DNA of 64,000 bases, taken from contig JAYUOV010000001.1 in assembly GCA_043760535.1 (NCBI GenBank), forward strand, positions 1,221 to 65,220, given 5' to 3'. Positions 55,627 to 64,000 of the stretch are shown piece by piece. Within the stretch, counting starts at the first letter, position 1. Every line of letters begins with the position of its first letter. A model generated the notes under the pieces. It was given only the letters and a program-made list of their open reading frames with translations, did no database searches and was not told where the DNA came from. Both the position numbers and the translations under genes were made by a program. This DNA is from Chitinophagaceae bacterium. GTDB lineage: Bacteria; Bacteroidota; Bacteroidia; Chitinophagales; Chitinophagaceae.

Positions 55627-56940
55627 ATGAAAAAAGCAGAAAAAAGGTTATTATGGTTTGGTTTTATGGCCTTTGCAGCAACATTGTTGTTTTCTTTTTT
55701 ACCCACTCGTTTCCATATTTTCAATTATGACTTTAGGGAGGTAGATTTTTTAAGCGACATAAAAACCAGCAACCCCAGCACTCCGTTGGGTAAAATTACC
55801 CATGCCGCACCTCTAGATACTACAAAATTTGACTTTACAACCTATAAAGACATTATTAATTATCAGCCTGCTAATAACCAGCCGGTAGAAAAATTTATTA
55901 AGGCCCTACGCGATTTAATGAACGGCAAAAGGAAACTAGTTAGAATAGCCTATCTAGGCGACAGTTTTATAGAAGGAGATTTAATAACTATGGATTTGAG
56001 GCGTATGTTACAAATGCGGTTTGGTGGTTCAGGCGTAGGCTTTGTTCCTATAACATCTATTAGCGCAGGTTTCCGGCAAACCATTTCACATTCATTTACA
56101 TCTAACTGGAATGATTATAGTTTTAAAAGCCCCGGCGATAGGAGCAGGGTATTTATTTCGGGCCACAATTTTAGCACCAACGGTGGGGCATCGGTAAGTT
56201 ACCGCAGCACCAAGGATTCCCTACTTAATCATTTCGACAAAGTATTTGCCCTTTATAAAAGCAGTAAGGGCGTAACGGTAAGTATTAATAATAGTCCACT
56301 TACTTTTCCTGCTTCGGCTGTAGTTGCAAAAAAACTGGTAGCCACCCAAGTTCAAAGTCTGAGTGCATCATTTGCAAGTGGAAACAATATCTATTACGGT
56401 TTCAGTTTTGAACCTGATACTGGTATAGTTGTCGATAATTTTTCATTCCGCGGTATAAGTGGCGTAGAGTTTAAGCAACTAGCTCCCGATTTTCTTTCGC
56501 AAATAAACGATGTGCAGTTATACGATCTTATAGTATTTCAATATGGTCCAAACCTTCTTTTTAAACCTGGAGCAGACGATTTTACCTATTATTCAAAGCC
56601 TATGACTACTGCCATTGAATTGTTTAGAAACGGCTTTCCTAAGTCGGATATACTTATGGTAAGTACTGGCGACAAGGCATTTAGATACAATGGGGTTTAC
56701 AAAACAGCCAAAGGGGTTCTTCCCTTGTTATATACTCAACAGCAGATTGCTGCTTCTACTGGCATTAATTTTTGGAACCTATACCTGAATATGGGTGGCG
56801 AAAATTCAATGATAGAGTGGGTAGAGGGGGAGAAAAAAATGGCAAACAAAGATTACACTCATGTAAACTGGCAAGGCGGTAAAAAAATTGCAGAACTAAT
56901 TTATAATACATTGCTACATGCTTATCAAACAAACAAATAA
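55627..56940 (+). CDS. membrane-anchored SGNH/GDSL-like protein (AlgX/AlgJ/PatB-like O-acetylation partner)
   Basis: N-terminal TM, IAYLGDSFIEGD (block I GDS) and DYTHVNWQG (block V-like). Confidence 0.55.
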   Translation: MKKAEKRLLWFGFMAFAATLLFSFLPTRFHIFNYDFREVDFLSDIKTSNPSTPLGKITHAAPLDTTKFDFTTYKDIINYQPANNQPVEKFIKALRDLMNGKRKLVRIAYLGDSFIEGDLITMDLRRMLQMRFGGSGVGFVPITSISAGFRQTISHSFTSNWNDYSFKSPGDRSRVFISGHNFSTNGGASVSYRSTKDSLLNHFDKVFALYKSSKGVTVSINNSPLTFPASAVVAKKLVATQVQSLSASFASGNNIYYGFSFEPDTGIVVDNFSFRGISGVEFKQLAPDFLSQINDVQLYDLIVFQYGPNLLFKPGADDFTYYSKPMTTAIELFRNGFPKSDILMVSTGDKAFRYNGVYKTAKGVLPLLYTQQQIAASTGINFWNLYLNMGGENSMIEWVEGEKKMANKDYTHVNWQGGKKIAELIYNTLLHAYQTNK

Positions 56941-57766
56941 GTGGGTACTATCATGGTTAATGTCGGTAGTTACATGCCTGTTTGCTAGCCAAAGCAATGC
57001 ACAGCCGTTGAAAAACGAAGAGATGCTATATATTAATCATTATAACAACGGGATAAGCTATGTAAAAATGCTTTCACCTCTTTTTAAAAAAATGAGCAAT
57101 TGCAATGAGCCGAGTTGTATAGTATCGGTTTTACACCTTGGCGATTCTCATATTAAATCCAAATTTTATAGCCAGTCAATGGAATCGAAGCTAAATATAC
57201 TATTTAATCAGATGGTGCATACATACAGGCTAAATGACAGCATAGTAGGCCGAAAGAGTTACTTTTTTAATCTTGAACAGTATGCTTTGATAGGCACTCG
57301 TTTCCAGAATTACTACAATTCAGTTTTATTACAGAGTTACCTCCTTGCCAATACACCCGATTTTGTAATTATTTCGTTAGGTACCAACGATGCATATAGC
57401 GGAATAGCTATAAGCAAAATGAATTCGCAGATGAAAGAGTTGGTCAAATTGATAAGAACTAATTCGCCCAAAAGCGTTATGCTCTTTACCACTCCACCCG
57501 ACGAACTTAAATATATACCAACTGCAAACGGGGCCGACCGGCTGGAACTGGTACGCCAAAATATTATGCTCAATTGCATGACGGATAGTATCGCCTACTG
57601 GAATTTGTACAATGTAATGGGTGGCCGTGGGCAAATGAGAAACTGGCAAAGATGGGGTTTCGCATCAGCAGATAATGTACATTATACCGCCAATGGTTAT
57701 ACCGTATTTGGCCGATTGCTAGCAGAAGCTATTTTTGAAGCATATAAACGTATTTGGAACCCTTAA
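56918..57766 (+). CDS. SGNH/GDSL hydrolase-family protein
   Basis: VLHLGDSHIKS (block I), ISLGTNDA (block III) and DNVHYTANGY (block V DxxH). Confidence 0.7.
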   Translation: MLIKQTNKWVLSWLMSVVTCLFASQSNAQPLKNEEMLYINHYNNGISYVKMLSPLFKKMSNCNEPSCIVSVLHLGDSHIKSKFYSQSMESKLNILFNQMVHTYRLNDSIVGRKSYFFNLEQYALIGTRFQNYYNSVLLQSYLLANTPDFVIISLGTNDAYSGIAISKMNSQMKELVKLIRTNSPKSVMLFTTPPDELKYIPTANGADRLELVRQNIMLNCMTDSIAYWNLYNVMGGRGQMRNWQRWGFASADNVHYTANGYTVFGRLLAEAIFEAYKRIWNP

Positions 57767-57803
57767 ATAAAGCTTTCCACACCAGGTATTAGCTTCATAA
57801 CTT

Positions 57804-59291
57804 ATGATAAATTTTCAGGAATTACTTCAAGAACTTTTGTACGACTCTAAAAAGCCATTGTTATTCAACAGCGGTTTTTTTGTTTATTTTTTTCTGTTTT
57901 TCCTATTTTGTTTTTTGGCAGTACGCAATAAGCCCAAGGCAAGACTTATGGTTTTTACCGGCTTTTCTTTGTATTTTTTTTACAAGGCTTGTGGCTCATT
58001 TGTACTACTGGTGCTCCTATCTGCCGTTACCGATTTTATTATTTCCAATGCCATTTACCGGCAGCAAAACAAGCAGAAGAAAAAAGTATTACTGGTACTC
58101 AGTATTGTGCTTAATCTTGGCCTGTTATTTTATTTTAAATACACTAATTTTTTTATTACCCTTGTAAACGACTTGGGGGCTGGCCATGTAAACCCTCTTA
58201 ATTTGGCTTTGCCGATAGGGATATCGTTTTACACCTTCGAAAATCTCAGTTATACTTTCGACGTGTATAAAGGCATTTTTAAACCAGTAACCCGTTTTAT
58301 TGATTACCTGTTTTTTCTTTCGTTTTTCCCCAAGCTGGTTATGGGACCCATAGTTAGAGCAGCCGATTTTATTCCACAGATTTACAAGCCTTATGACCTT
58401 AATAACGAACGGTTGTCTCAGGGCTTCTTTCTCATTTTTACCGGATTGTTTAAAAAGGTAGTGATATCTGATTTTTTACAAACCAACTACGTTTACCGTG
58501 TTTTTGAAGATCCCGAAAGCCTCAGCAGGCTTACTGGAATTGAATGCTTACTAGGCGTGTATTGCTACGCCATGGTTATCTATTGCGATTTTAGTGGCTA
58601 TTCAGACATAGCAATTGGTATTGCTCGTTGGTTTGGCTTTGATATACCTGCTAATTTTAGATCACCCTATCAAAGTGGCTCCATCACCGAGTTCTGGCGG
58701 CGCTGGCATATATCTTTAAGCAGTTGGCTAAGAGATTATTTATACATACCCTTGGGCGGCAACAGAAAAGGCAAGGTACGGACTTATGTAAACCTTTTTA
58801 TAACCATGCTGCTTGGCGGCTTTTGGCATGGGGCTAGTTTTAATTTCATCATTTGGGGCGGTATGCACGGCGGGGCATTGGCATTCGAAAAAATGATTTC
58901 AAAACAAGGAGACAAAGGAGGGGAGGAGCTTAGGCTAAAACCATGGCGGCGTTTTCTTGGCGTGTTCCTTACCTTTCATTTTGTGTGTTTTTGCTGGATA
59001 TTTTTTAAGGCACAGTCTCTCACGGATGCCATATTTATCATTAAACAAATTGGTACCAATTTACATCCAGAACTAATAGGAGTACTTTTAGTAGGTTATG
59101 GAGGTGTAGTGCTTATGCTTTTGTTAGCTTTCTTGCTTCATTTTACCCCTACTACTTGGAGCGATGCCATTATCCGCAGGCTAGAGCCTATGCCTGCCTG
59201 GGGCTATTTTCTTTTGTTTGCTTTTTTTATGTGGGTCTTTATTCAAACAAAAACCAGCGAACAGGTACTCCCTATTTATTTGCAGTTTTAA
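57804..59291 (+). CDS. MBOAT-family O-acyltransferase (AlgI/PatA/DltB-like)
   Basis: Multi-TM protein with FWRRWHISLSSWLRDYLYIPLGGNR and GGFWHGASFNFIIWG (MBOAT catalytic His region). Confidence 0.9.
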   Translation: MINFQELLQELLYDSKKPLLFNSGFFVYFFLFFLFCFLAVRNKPKARLMVFTGFSLYFFYKACGSFVLLVLLSAVTDFIISNAIYRQQNKQKKKVLLVLSIVLNLGLLFYFKYTNFFITLVNDLGAGHVNPLNLALPIGISFYTFENLSYTFDVYKGIFKPVTRFIDYLFFLSFFPKLVMGPIVRAADFIPQIYKPYDLNNERLSQGFFLIFTGLFKKVVISDFLQTNYVYRVFEDPESLSRLTGIECLLGVYCYAMVIYCDFSGYSDIAIGIARWFGFDIPANFRSPYQSGSITEFWRRWHISLSSWLRDYLYIPLGGNRKGKVRTYVNLFITMLLGGFWHGASFNFIIWGGMHGGALAFEKMISKQGDKGGEELRLKPWRRFLGVFLTFHFVCFCWIFFKAQSLTDAIFIIKQIGTNLHPELIGVLLVGYGGVVLMLLLAFLLHFTPTTWSDAIIRRLEPMPAWGYFLLFAFFMWVFIQTKTSEQVLPIYLQF

Positions 59292-59355
59292 AAGCGGGGG
59301 AATGAGGATTTTGATCCATAGAAAAACATATCTTCACTTTTATAAAAGTAAAGAA

Positions 59356-60582
59356 ATGAAATACTTAATAATGTTATTTGTAGCAGCCAGCGCCATTGGC
59401 TCATGCAAAAAATTCCCCCCCCCAATTGAAACAGTTGCTATAGTTTACCAAGATACAACTTTAGTAAAAGCACCTATAAAGTCAAATGGGGTATTAGTTT
59501 TTGAAAACTCTAAAAGTTTTATTTATTACAAACAACCCCAGCCAGAAGCAAGTGTAGCCGCGACTTCACTATTTATTCTCACATCTTTTACATCTATGGG
59601 TTCTGCATTTAATGCTTTAGTAAATGACGAGACAACAATTGGGGAGCAGTTAGAAATCACTCATCCAAACGGGCCTGCAATAGTATATGATACAACGCAC
59701 TCAACATTACGGAACATTTATCCAAACGCCTTTTATATTGCTGGTGATATTACCAATGGTTACAATTATGAAATTAATTGTTTCGACAAGGTACTCGTTG
59801 ATAAAATTAATCAAGACGGGATAGTAATGGTGGGTACAACTATACTTCAATTTACCAAAGACTATTATAAAATTTGGAAAAACGGTGATATCAATAATTT
59901 ATCTACAATAGTTAATGCCAATCAGACTTTAGGAACAAATCTTTTAGTTGTTAATGTTAACGATCAGTCTTCCATAGACCAAAATGCTCCGGCGACAGAT
60001 GGATTAGTAAGAGCCGTTACAGGTAGTTGGGTTAGATCATGTCAGAATACAAAGGTTGTAAATGGTAAGCGCAGAAGAGTTTTAGGGTATATCAATTTTG
60101 TAAGTTATCGTCGGCCAAGACCATTGCCAAGACCTCCAGGATTGCTTAATCTGTACCTTTATTCTGTGAGTTATAATACAACAAGCAGGTCTTTAAAAGG
60201 AAGGTTATTCGGATTATGGTTTGATGATTGGAGTACTGGCCATGTGCAAAAAGGTACAATAATAGGCTCTAAAAGAGACGGCCAGGCGTATTCTATTGTA
60301 TCTGGTTATACAAATAGCGGTCTAATACTTATAAATACTACTTGGGGCTCTTACGATCAGTCAGAAAATAACATGCATACTTGGATGCTCAAGTATCCAC
60401 GGCCAGTAATGATTGATCCTTACATCAATCCATTTGCGCCGCCATGGGTAGAGCAGTGGGATTATGACAATATGGAGTTTTATAGGCCATTATTTATTTT
60501 GTCGCATGAACATTGGTCCATGGCCGCAGCAGGATTTGTTATACCCACTGATAATCCCAATTGCACATGTAGTTATGATTAG
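59356..60582 (+). CDS. lipoprotein, unknown function
   Basis: MKYLIMLFVAASAIGSC lipobox. The start is set at the internal ATG 59356 because the track ORF overlaps the MBOAT gene. No family recognised. Confidence 0.5.
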   Translation: MKYLIMLFVAASAIGSCKKFPPPIETVAIVYQDTTLVKAPIKSNGVLVFENSKSFIYYKQPQPEASVAATSLFILTSFTSMGSAFNALVNDETTIGEQLEITHPNGPAIVYDTTHSTLRNIYPNAFYIAGDITNGYNYEINCFDKVLVDKINQDGIVMVGTTILQFTKDYYKIWKNGDINNLSTIVNANQTLGTNLLVVNVNDQSSIDQNAPATDGLVRAVTGSWVRSCQNTKVVNGKRRRVLGYINFVSYRRPRPLPRPPGLLNLYLYSVSYNTTSRSLKGRLFGLWFDDWSTGHVQKGTIIGSKRDGQAYSIVSGYTNSGLILINTTWGSYDQSENNMHTWMLKYPRPVMIDPYINPFAPPWVEQWDYDNMEFYRPLFILSHEHWSMAAAGFVIPTDNPNCTCSYD

Positions 60583-60738
60583 GCAATATATAACAAACGA
60601 TTACAAATCCAACTTTCCTCAAGTTTTTCATAAGGCATCTCTAAAAACCCTGTTTACCTCGCCGGCCTCCCCTTTAATTCCCTTCTAAAGGAGGGGAAAG
60701 GAAGTTTTTTAGAGATGCCTATTAACAAATCACCTCCA

Positions 60739-61440
60739 ATGAAAATTGTTAATTTTATACTACTACTGCTATTGCTATCTGCTAAGATCAATGCTCAAAT
60801 TACCCCCTTGCTCTTATCATTAGAGTATAGATATGCAGGAGAAAAATACGGATATAAAAGTGGTGGTGCCAGTCAGGGCAACTCAACAAGTAAGCAGTTT
60901 ATTGTAGGCATCTCTACCACATTACCTAATGAATTTCGGATCGGTGTTAAAGGCGGATTTACACTTGACAAGGTATATTCTTCATTTAGTTTAATTCAAA
61001 ACGATTTCGATAATAATAGCCAACTTTATTTCGGCGTAAATGCAGAAAAAAAATTAATCTCTATTTTACAAAATAGGATTTTTCTTTACGCTGCCATAGA
61101 GTTTTCTGTTGAGCCTTTTATTTCCCGCAGCACATTATTTAACAGGTATAGCACTATTGGTTCTGATAAGGTATTGCTTTATGAAGGCATTTATTACAAT
61201 AAAAAAACAAGGCTTGGCGTAATCCCATTTTTTAAGGCAGGCATTGGACTTACCCAAAAAGTTTCCGCAAATATCTCGTTTGGTTATGCGGTTAATCTAA
61301 ATAAATCTAATCAGTGGGTTTACTATCGGGGAAACGAGAGGGACTTTAATGGAACATTTAATGAGGTTGCAGACTTTAGGGAAAATTACTTGTTCTTTGG
61401 AGTCGGGGCAACGGTTCAAATCTTTGATAAACAGGAATAG
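60739..61440 (+). CDS. secreted protein with alternating beta-strand pattern (possible small outer-membrane barrel)
   Basis: Signal peptide LLLLLLSAKINAQ. Alternating hydrophobic pattern ending in FFGVGATVQIF. The start is set at the internal ATG 60739. Confidence 0.45.
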   Translation: MKIVNFILLLLLLSAKINAQITPLLLSLEYRYAGEKYGYKSGGASQGNSTSKQFIVGISTTLPNEFRIGVKGGFTLDKVYSSFSLIQNDFDNNSQLYFGVNAEKKLISILQNRIFLYAAIEFSVEPFISRSTLFNRYSTIGSDKVLLYEGIYYNKKTRLGVIPFFKAGIGLTQKVSANISFGYAVNLNKSNQWVYYRGNERDFNGTFNEVADFRENYLFFGVGATVQIFDKQE

Positions 61441-61734
61441 AATCATACTTCGTCACGAAAAGATTTGGATTAAGAAATATGCTCAGATATACTATCCATT
61501 TTAAGCCTTGTTGAGTAAATTATCGGAACAATTTGCTGGGTTAGGTAGTTTTCTTATCTGAGCTATTATGTTGGATGGGGCATGAATCAGAGCGGTGGTG
61601 ATATCATATTTATTTTATGTTCCGCTGCTCTTTGTGTCACCCCCGTTTTTTGAGTGTAGTAAGAAAAATATATCCCCTGTTATCAACAGTTCAAACCCAT
61701 TTTGCAAAATTTTTTTGAAAAATTAAAAAAAGTC

Positions 61735-61765
61735 TTGTCTAATTAACTGCAGACCCCTACTTTTG
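61735..61765 (+). promoter_or_regulatory. candidate Bacteroidota sigma-A promoter of the S10 operon
   Basis: TACTTTTG (61758-61765) fits the TAnnTTTG -7 consensus, with a TTG at 61735-61737. A 7-bp stem AGACCCC/GGGGTCT (61751-61790) spans the -7 box and leader. Confidence 0.35.
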
Positions 61766-61796
61766 CACTCCCAATTCGAAAACGGGGTCTTTGAAT

Positions 61797-62102
61797 ATGT
61801 CACAACGAATCAGAATAAAATTGCAGTCTTACGATCACAATCTGGTTGATAAATCTGCTGAAAAAATTGTGAAAACGGTACGCAGTACTGGAGCCGTGGT
61901 TACAGGTCCAATTCCTTTACCTACACACAAAAAAATCTTTACCGTGTTGAAATCGCCACACGTAAACAAGAAGGCACGTGAACAGTTCCAGTTAAGTACA
62001 CACAAACGCTTGTTGGATATTTACACTAGTAGCAGCCGTACAGTAGATGCTCTGAGTAAATTAGATTTGCCGAGCGGTGTTGAAGTAGAAATAAAAGCAT
62101 AA
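61797..62102 (+). CDS. rpsJ: 30S ribosomal protein S10
   Basis: [25 protein letters not shown]...GPIPLPT...[17 protein letters not shown]. Confidence 0.95.
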   Translation: MSQRIRIKLQSYDHNLVDKSAEKIVKTVRSTGAVVTGPIPLPTHKKIFTVLKSPHVNKKAREQFQLSTHKRLLDIYTSSSRTVDALSKLDLPSGVEVEIKA

Positions 62103-62463
62103 AAGGCAGAAGGCAAAACGCTTAAAGTTAGAGCCAAAGCACAGGTCTTAAGAAAAATCGTCATCTCTCAACTTCCTTAAAGGAAATAAAAGAGCTCTGA
62201 TATTAAAAACATAAGCCGCTATTTAAATTAAATTAGAAATATGCGGTACATATGAACAAGCCTTTCAGGGTTTGTTTACTAACGGTACTTCTGAATTGAT
62301 ACGCATCTGAGCAAGTCAAAGAAAGCATCAAACAAAAGGAAAAGGTCGTTAGCAAACTGGGATTGAAGTAAATAAAATCAGGATTTGTCGTTTCTCCAAT
62401 GACATTTAATCCAATGACAAACCTTACTGTCCTCCTAACTCTGCCGGGCACAAACCGATCTAA

Positions 62464-63081
62464 ATGAAAGGAATAATTGGAAAAAAAATCGGAATGACCA
62501 GCATCTTCGATCCCAATGGCAAGCAAACAGCTTGTACTATTATTGAAGCTGGACCATGCGTAGTTACGCAGGTTAAAACCATCGAATCAGATGGATATGC
62601 CGCACATCAGTTGGCTTTTGGTGAAAAAAAAGACAAGCATACTACAAAAGCTGAAAAAAATCACTTCGCAAAAGCACAATCTTCTCCAAAAAGTTTTGTA
62701 AAAGAATTTCGTGGGTATTCACTTGAAAAAAACCTTGGCGAAACTGTCACTGTTGACATTTTTGCCGAAGGCGATAAAGTGGAAGTTGTTGGAACCACCA
62801 AGGGTAAAGGTTTCCAGGGTGTTGTAAAACGTCATGGTTTCAAGGGCGTGGGTCAGCAGTCGCATGGTCAGCATGATCGTCAACGTGCCCCCGGTTCTAT
62901 TTGTAACTCATCCGATGCAAGCCGTGTATTTAAAGGTATGCGTATGGGTGGCCGTATGGGTTGCGATAGGGTGAAAGCTAAAGGATTGAAAGTAATAAAG
63001 GTATTTCCAGACAAGAATTACATACTGGTAACTGGTTCGGTTCCTGGCCACAATGGTTCTATCGTTTTAATTCAAAAGTAG
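62464..63081 (+). CDS. rplC: 50S ribosomal protein L3
   Basis: [16 protein letters not shown]...[34 protein letters not shown]. Confidence 0.95.
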   Translation: MKGIIGKKIGMTSIFDPNGKQTACTIIEAGPCVVTQVKTIESDGYAAHQLAFGEKKDKHTTKAEKNHFAKAQSSPKSFVKEFRGYSLEKNLGETVTVDIFAEGDKVEVVGTTKGKGFQGVVKRHGFKGVGQQSHGQHDRQRAPGSICNSSDASRVFKGMRMGGRMGCDRVKAKGLKVIKVFPDKNYILVTGSVPGHNGSIVLIQK

Positions 63082-63147
63082 AGTCGCATTGATTGCGACT
63101 AATGAAAATTAGAAGCCGCACCATTACGAATCAAAAAATACAAAGAA

Positions 63148-63783
63148 ATGCAAATCGAAGTTTTAAATATACAGGGTCAAAAGACTGGCAGAACGGTAGA
63201 CTTACCAGAAGATATATTTGGTATTGAGCCTAATAATCACGTTGTTTATTTAGCTGTAAAAGCCTATTTAGCTGCACAACGCACTGGTACACACAAAGTT
63301 AAAACCCGTGCCGAGGTACAGGGTGCAAGCCGCAAACTGCACAAGCAAAAAGGAACTGGTGGAGCTCGTAAGGGTAATATCCGTAACCCATTGTATAAAG
63401 GTGGTGGTACTATTTTTGGTCCTAAACCACATAGTTACGATATTAAATTAAACCGAAAGGTGAAAGATTTGGCTAAGATTAGTGCATTGAGTCACAAGGC
63501 TAAGGAAAATGCTATAGTAATAATAGAAGACCCTAAAATGGATGCTCCAAAAACCAAAGTTGTTTTGGGTTTATTAAAAAGTTTGAATGTAAGTGGTAAA
63601 AAAGCGTTAGTTGTTTACCCTGAATACAATGATAACTTTTACCTCAGCTTACGTAACATACCAAAAGTAGAAGGCGCTTTACTAAGCGACATTCACACTT
63701 ACGGTATTGTAAATGCCGATGTAATGGTGTTTACTGAAAGTGCAGCTAAAATTTTCAGCGACGCAGAAGTTGCAGAAGCATAA
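63148..63783 (+). CDS. rplD: 50S ribosomal protein L4
   Basis: AYLAAQRTGTHKVKTRAEVQGASRKLHKQKGTGGARKGNIRNPLYKGGGTIFGPKP. Confidence 0.95.
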   Translation: MQIEVLNIQGQKTGRTVDLPEDIFGIEPNNHVVYLAVKAYLAAQRTGTHKVKTRAEVQGASRKLHKQKGTGGARKGNIRNPLYKGGGTIFGPKPHSYDIKLNRKVKDLAKISALSHKAKENAIVIIEDPKMDAPKTKVVLGLLKSLNVSGKKALVVYPEYNDNFYLSLRNIPKVEGALLSDIHTYGIVNADVMVFTESAAKIFSDAEVAEA

Positions 63784-63813
63784 TTGAATTAATAACGTTT
63801 AAGTTATAATAAG

Positions 63814-64000
63814 ATGAAACTGACAGATGTATTAATAAAGCCGATTTTAACCGAGAAGGTCAACAAGCAAACTGAAAAGTTTCGCCGTTACACTTTTATC
63901 GTTGATCGTAAGGCGAATAAGCTTGAAATTAAAAAAGCAGTAGAAGAGTTTTACGGTGTAAGTGTTGTGGACGTAAACACATTGGTAATACCTGCTAAAG
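63814..64000 (+). CDS. rplW: 50S ribosomal protein L23 (3' end beyond the window)
   Basis: MKLTDVLIKPILTEKVNKQTEKFRRYTFIVDRKANKLEIKKAVEEFYGVSVVDVNTL. Confidence 0.9.
   Translation, partial: MKLTDVLIKPILTEKVNKQTEKFRRYTFIVDRKANKLEIKKAVEEFYGVSVVDVNTLVIPAK

Noticed and set aside
62233-62526. 97-aa minus-strand ORF in the rpsJ-rplC spacer
   Set aside because: It overlaps the rplC start in antisense and has no recognisable motif. It is kept only as a caveat to the non-coding interpretation of the spacer.

Overview
This is a chromosomal window from a Bacteroidota-type genome. Leaders lack Shine-Dalgarno sequences, TAnnTTTG-like -7 boxes are present, nuoG is the short form, and fucose and uronate catabolic genes are present.

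Backbone genes:
- guaB (partial)
- a TonB-like / PstS-like / TPR trio
- a complete 14-gene complex I operon nuoA-N (5808-25702)
- an SDR plus uxuA
- clpC, a STAS protein and rnz
- an L-fucose cluster (fucP, mutarotase, lactonase-type amidohydrolase, aldo/keto reductase)
- tRNA-Glu, gap, pgk, pepE, a PduO-type adenosyltransferase, an ABC ATPase, gatC and PhzF
- a TPR-histidine kinase / LytTR pair
- a GH73 + 2x SGNH + MBOAT O-acetylation cluster
- the start of the S10 ribosomal operon (rpsJ-rplC-rplD-rplW)

Unusual content:
1. Six of the 13 nuo gene junctions carry co-oriented, tightly packed accessory genes of selfish, toxin-antitoxin or defence flavour. These are two Uma2 endonuclease paralogs, a small-ORF + minimal-nucleotidyltransferase pair, two retropepsin-like genes (both damaged), and an ABC-type ATPase + small TOPRIM-like protein pair between nuoF and nuoG. 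I rate the ATPase/TOPRIM pair the best candidate for an undescribed split-OLD/PARIS-like defence module.
2. A ~240-250 bp repeat family with terminal inverted repeats occurs in 4 copies (candidate MITE or structured RNA).
3. A REP/RAYT locus has three copies of a 35-40 bp hairpin repeat.
4. Many intergenic spacers are built from degenerate 7-9 nt words. These often sit as inverted pairs that would fold back across the spacer.
5. Accessory genes show clear decay: four in-frame TAA stops, frameshifts, and transposase and tRNA fragments.

All protein family calls rest on motif recognition by eye. No searches were run.
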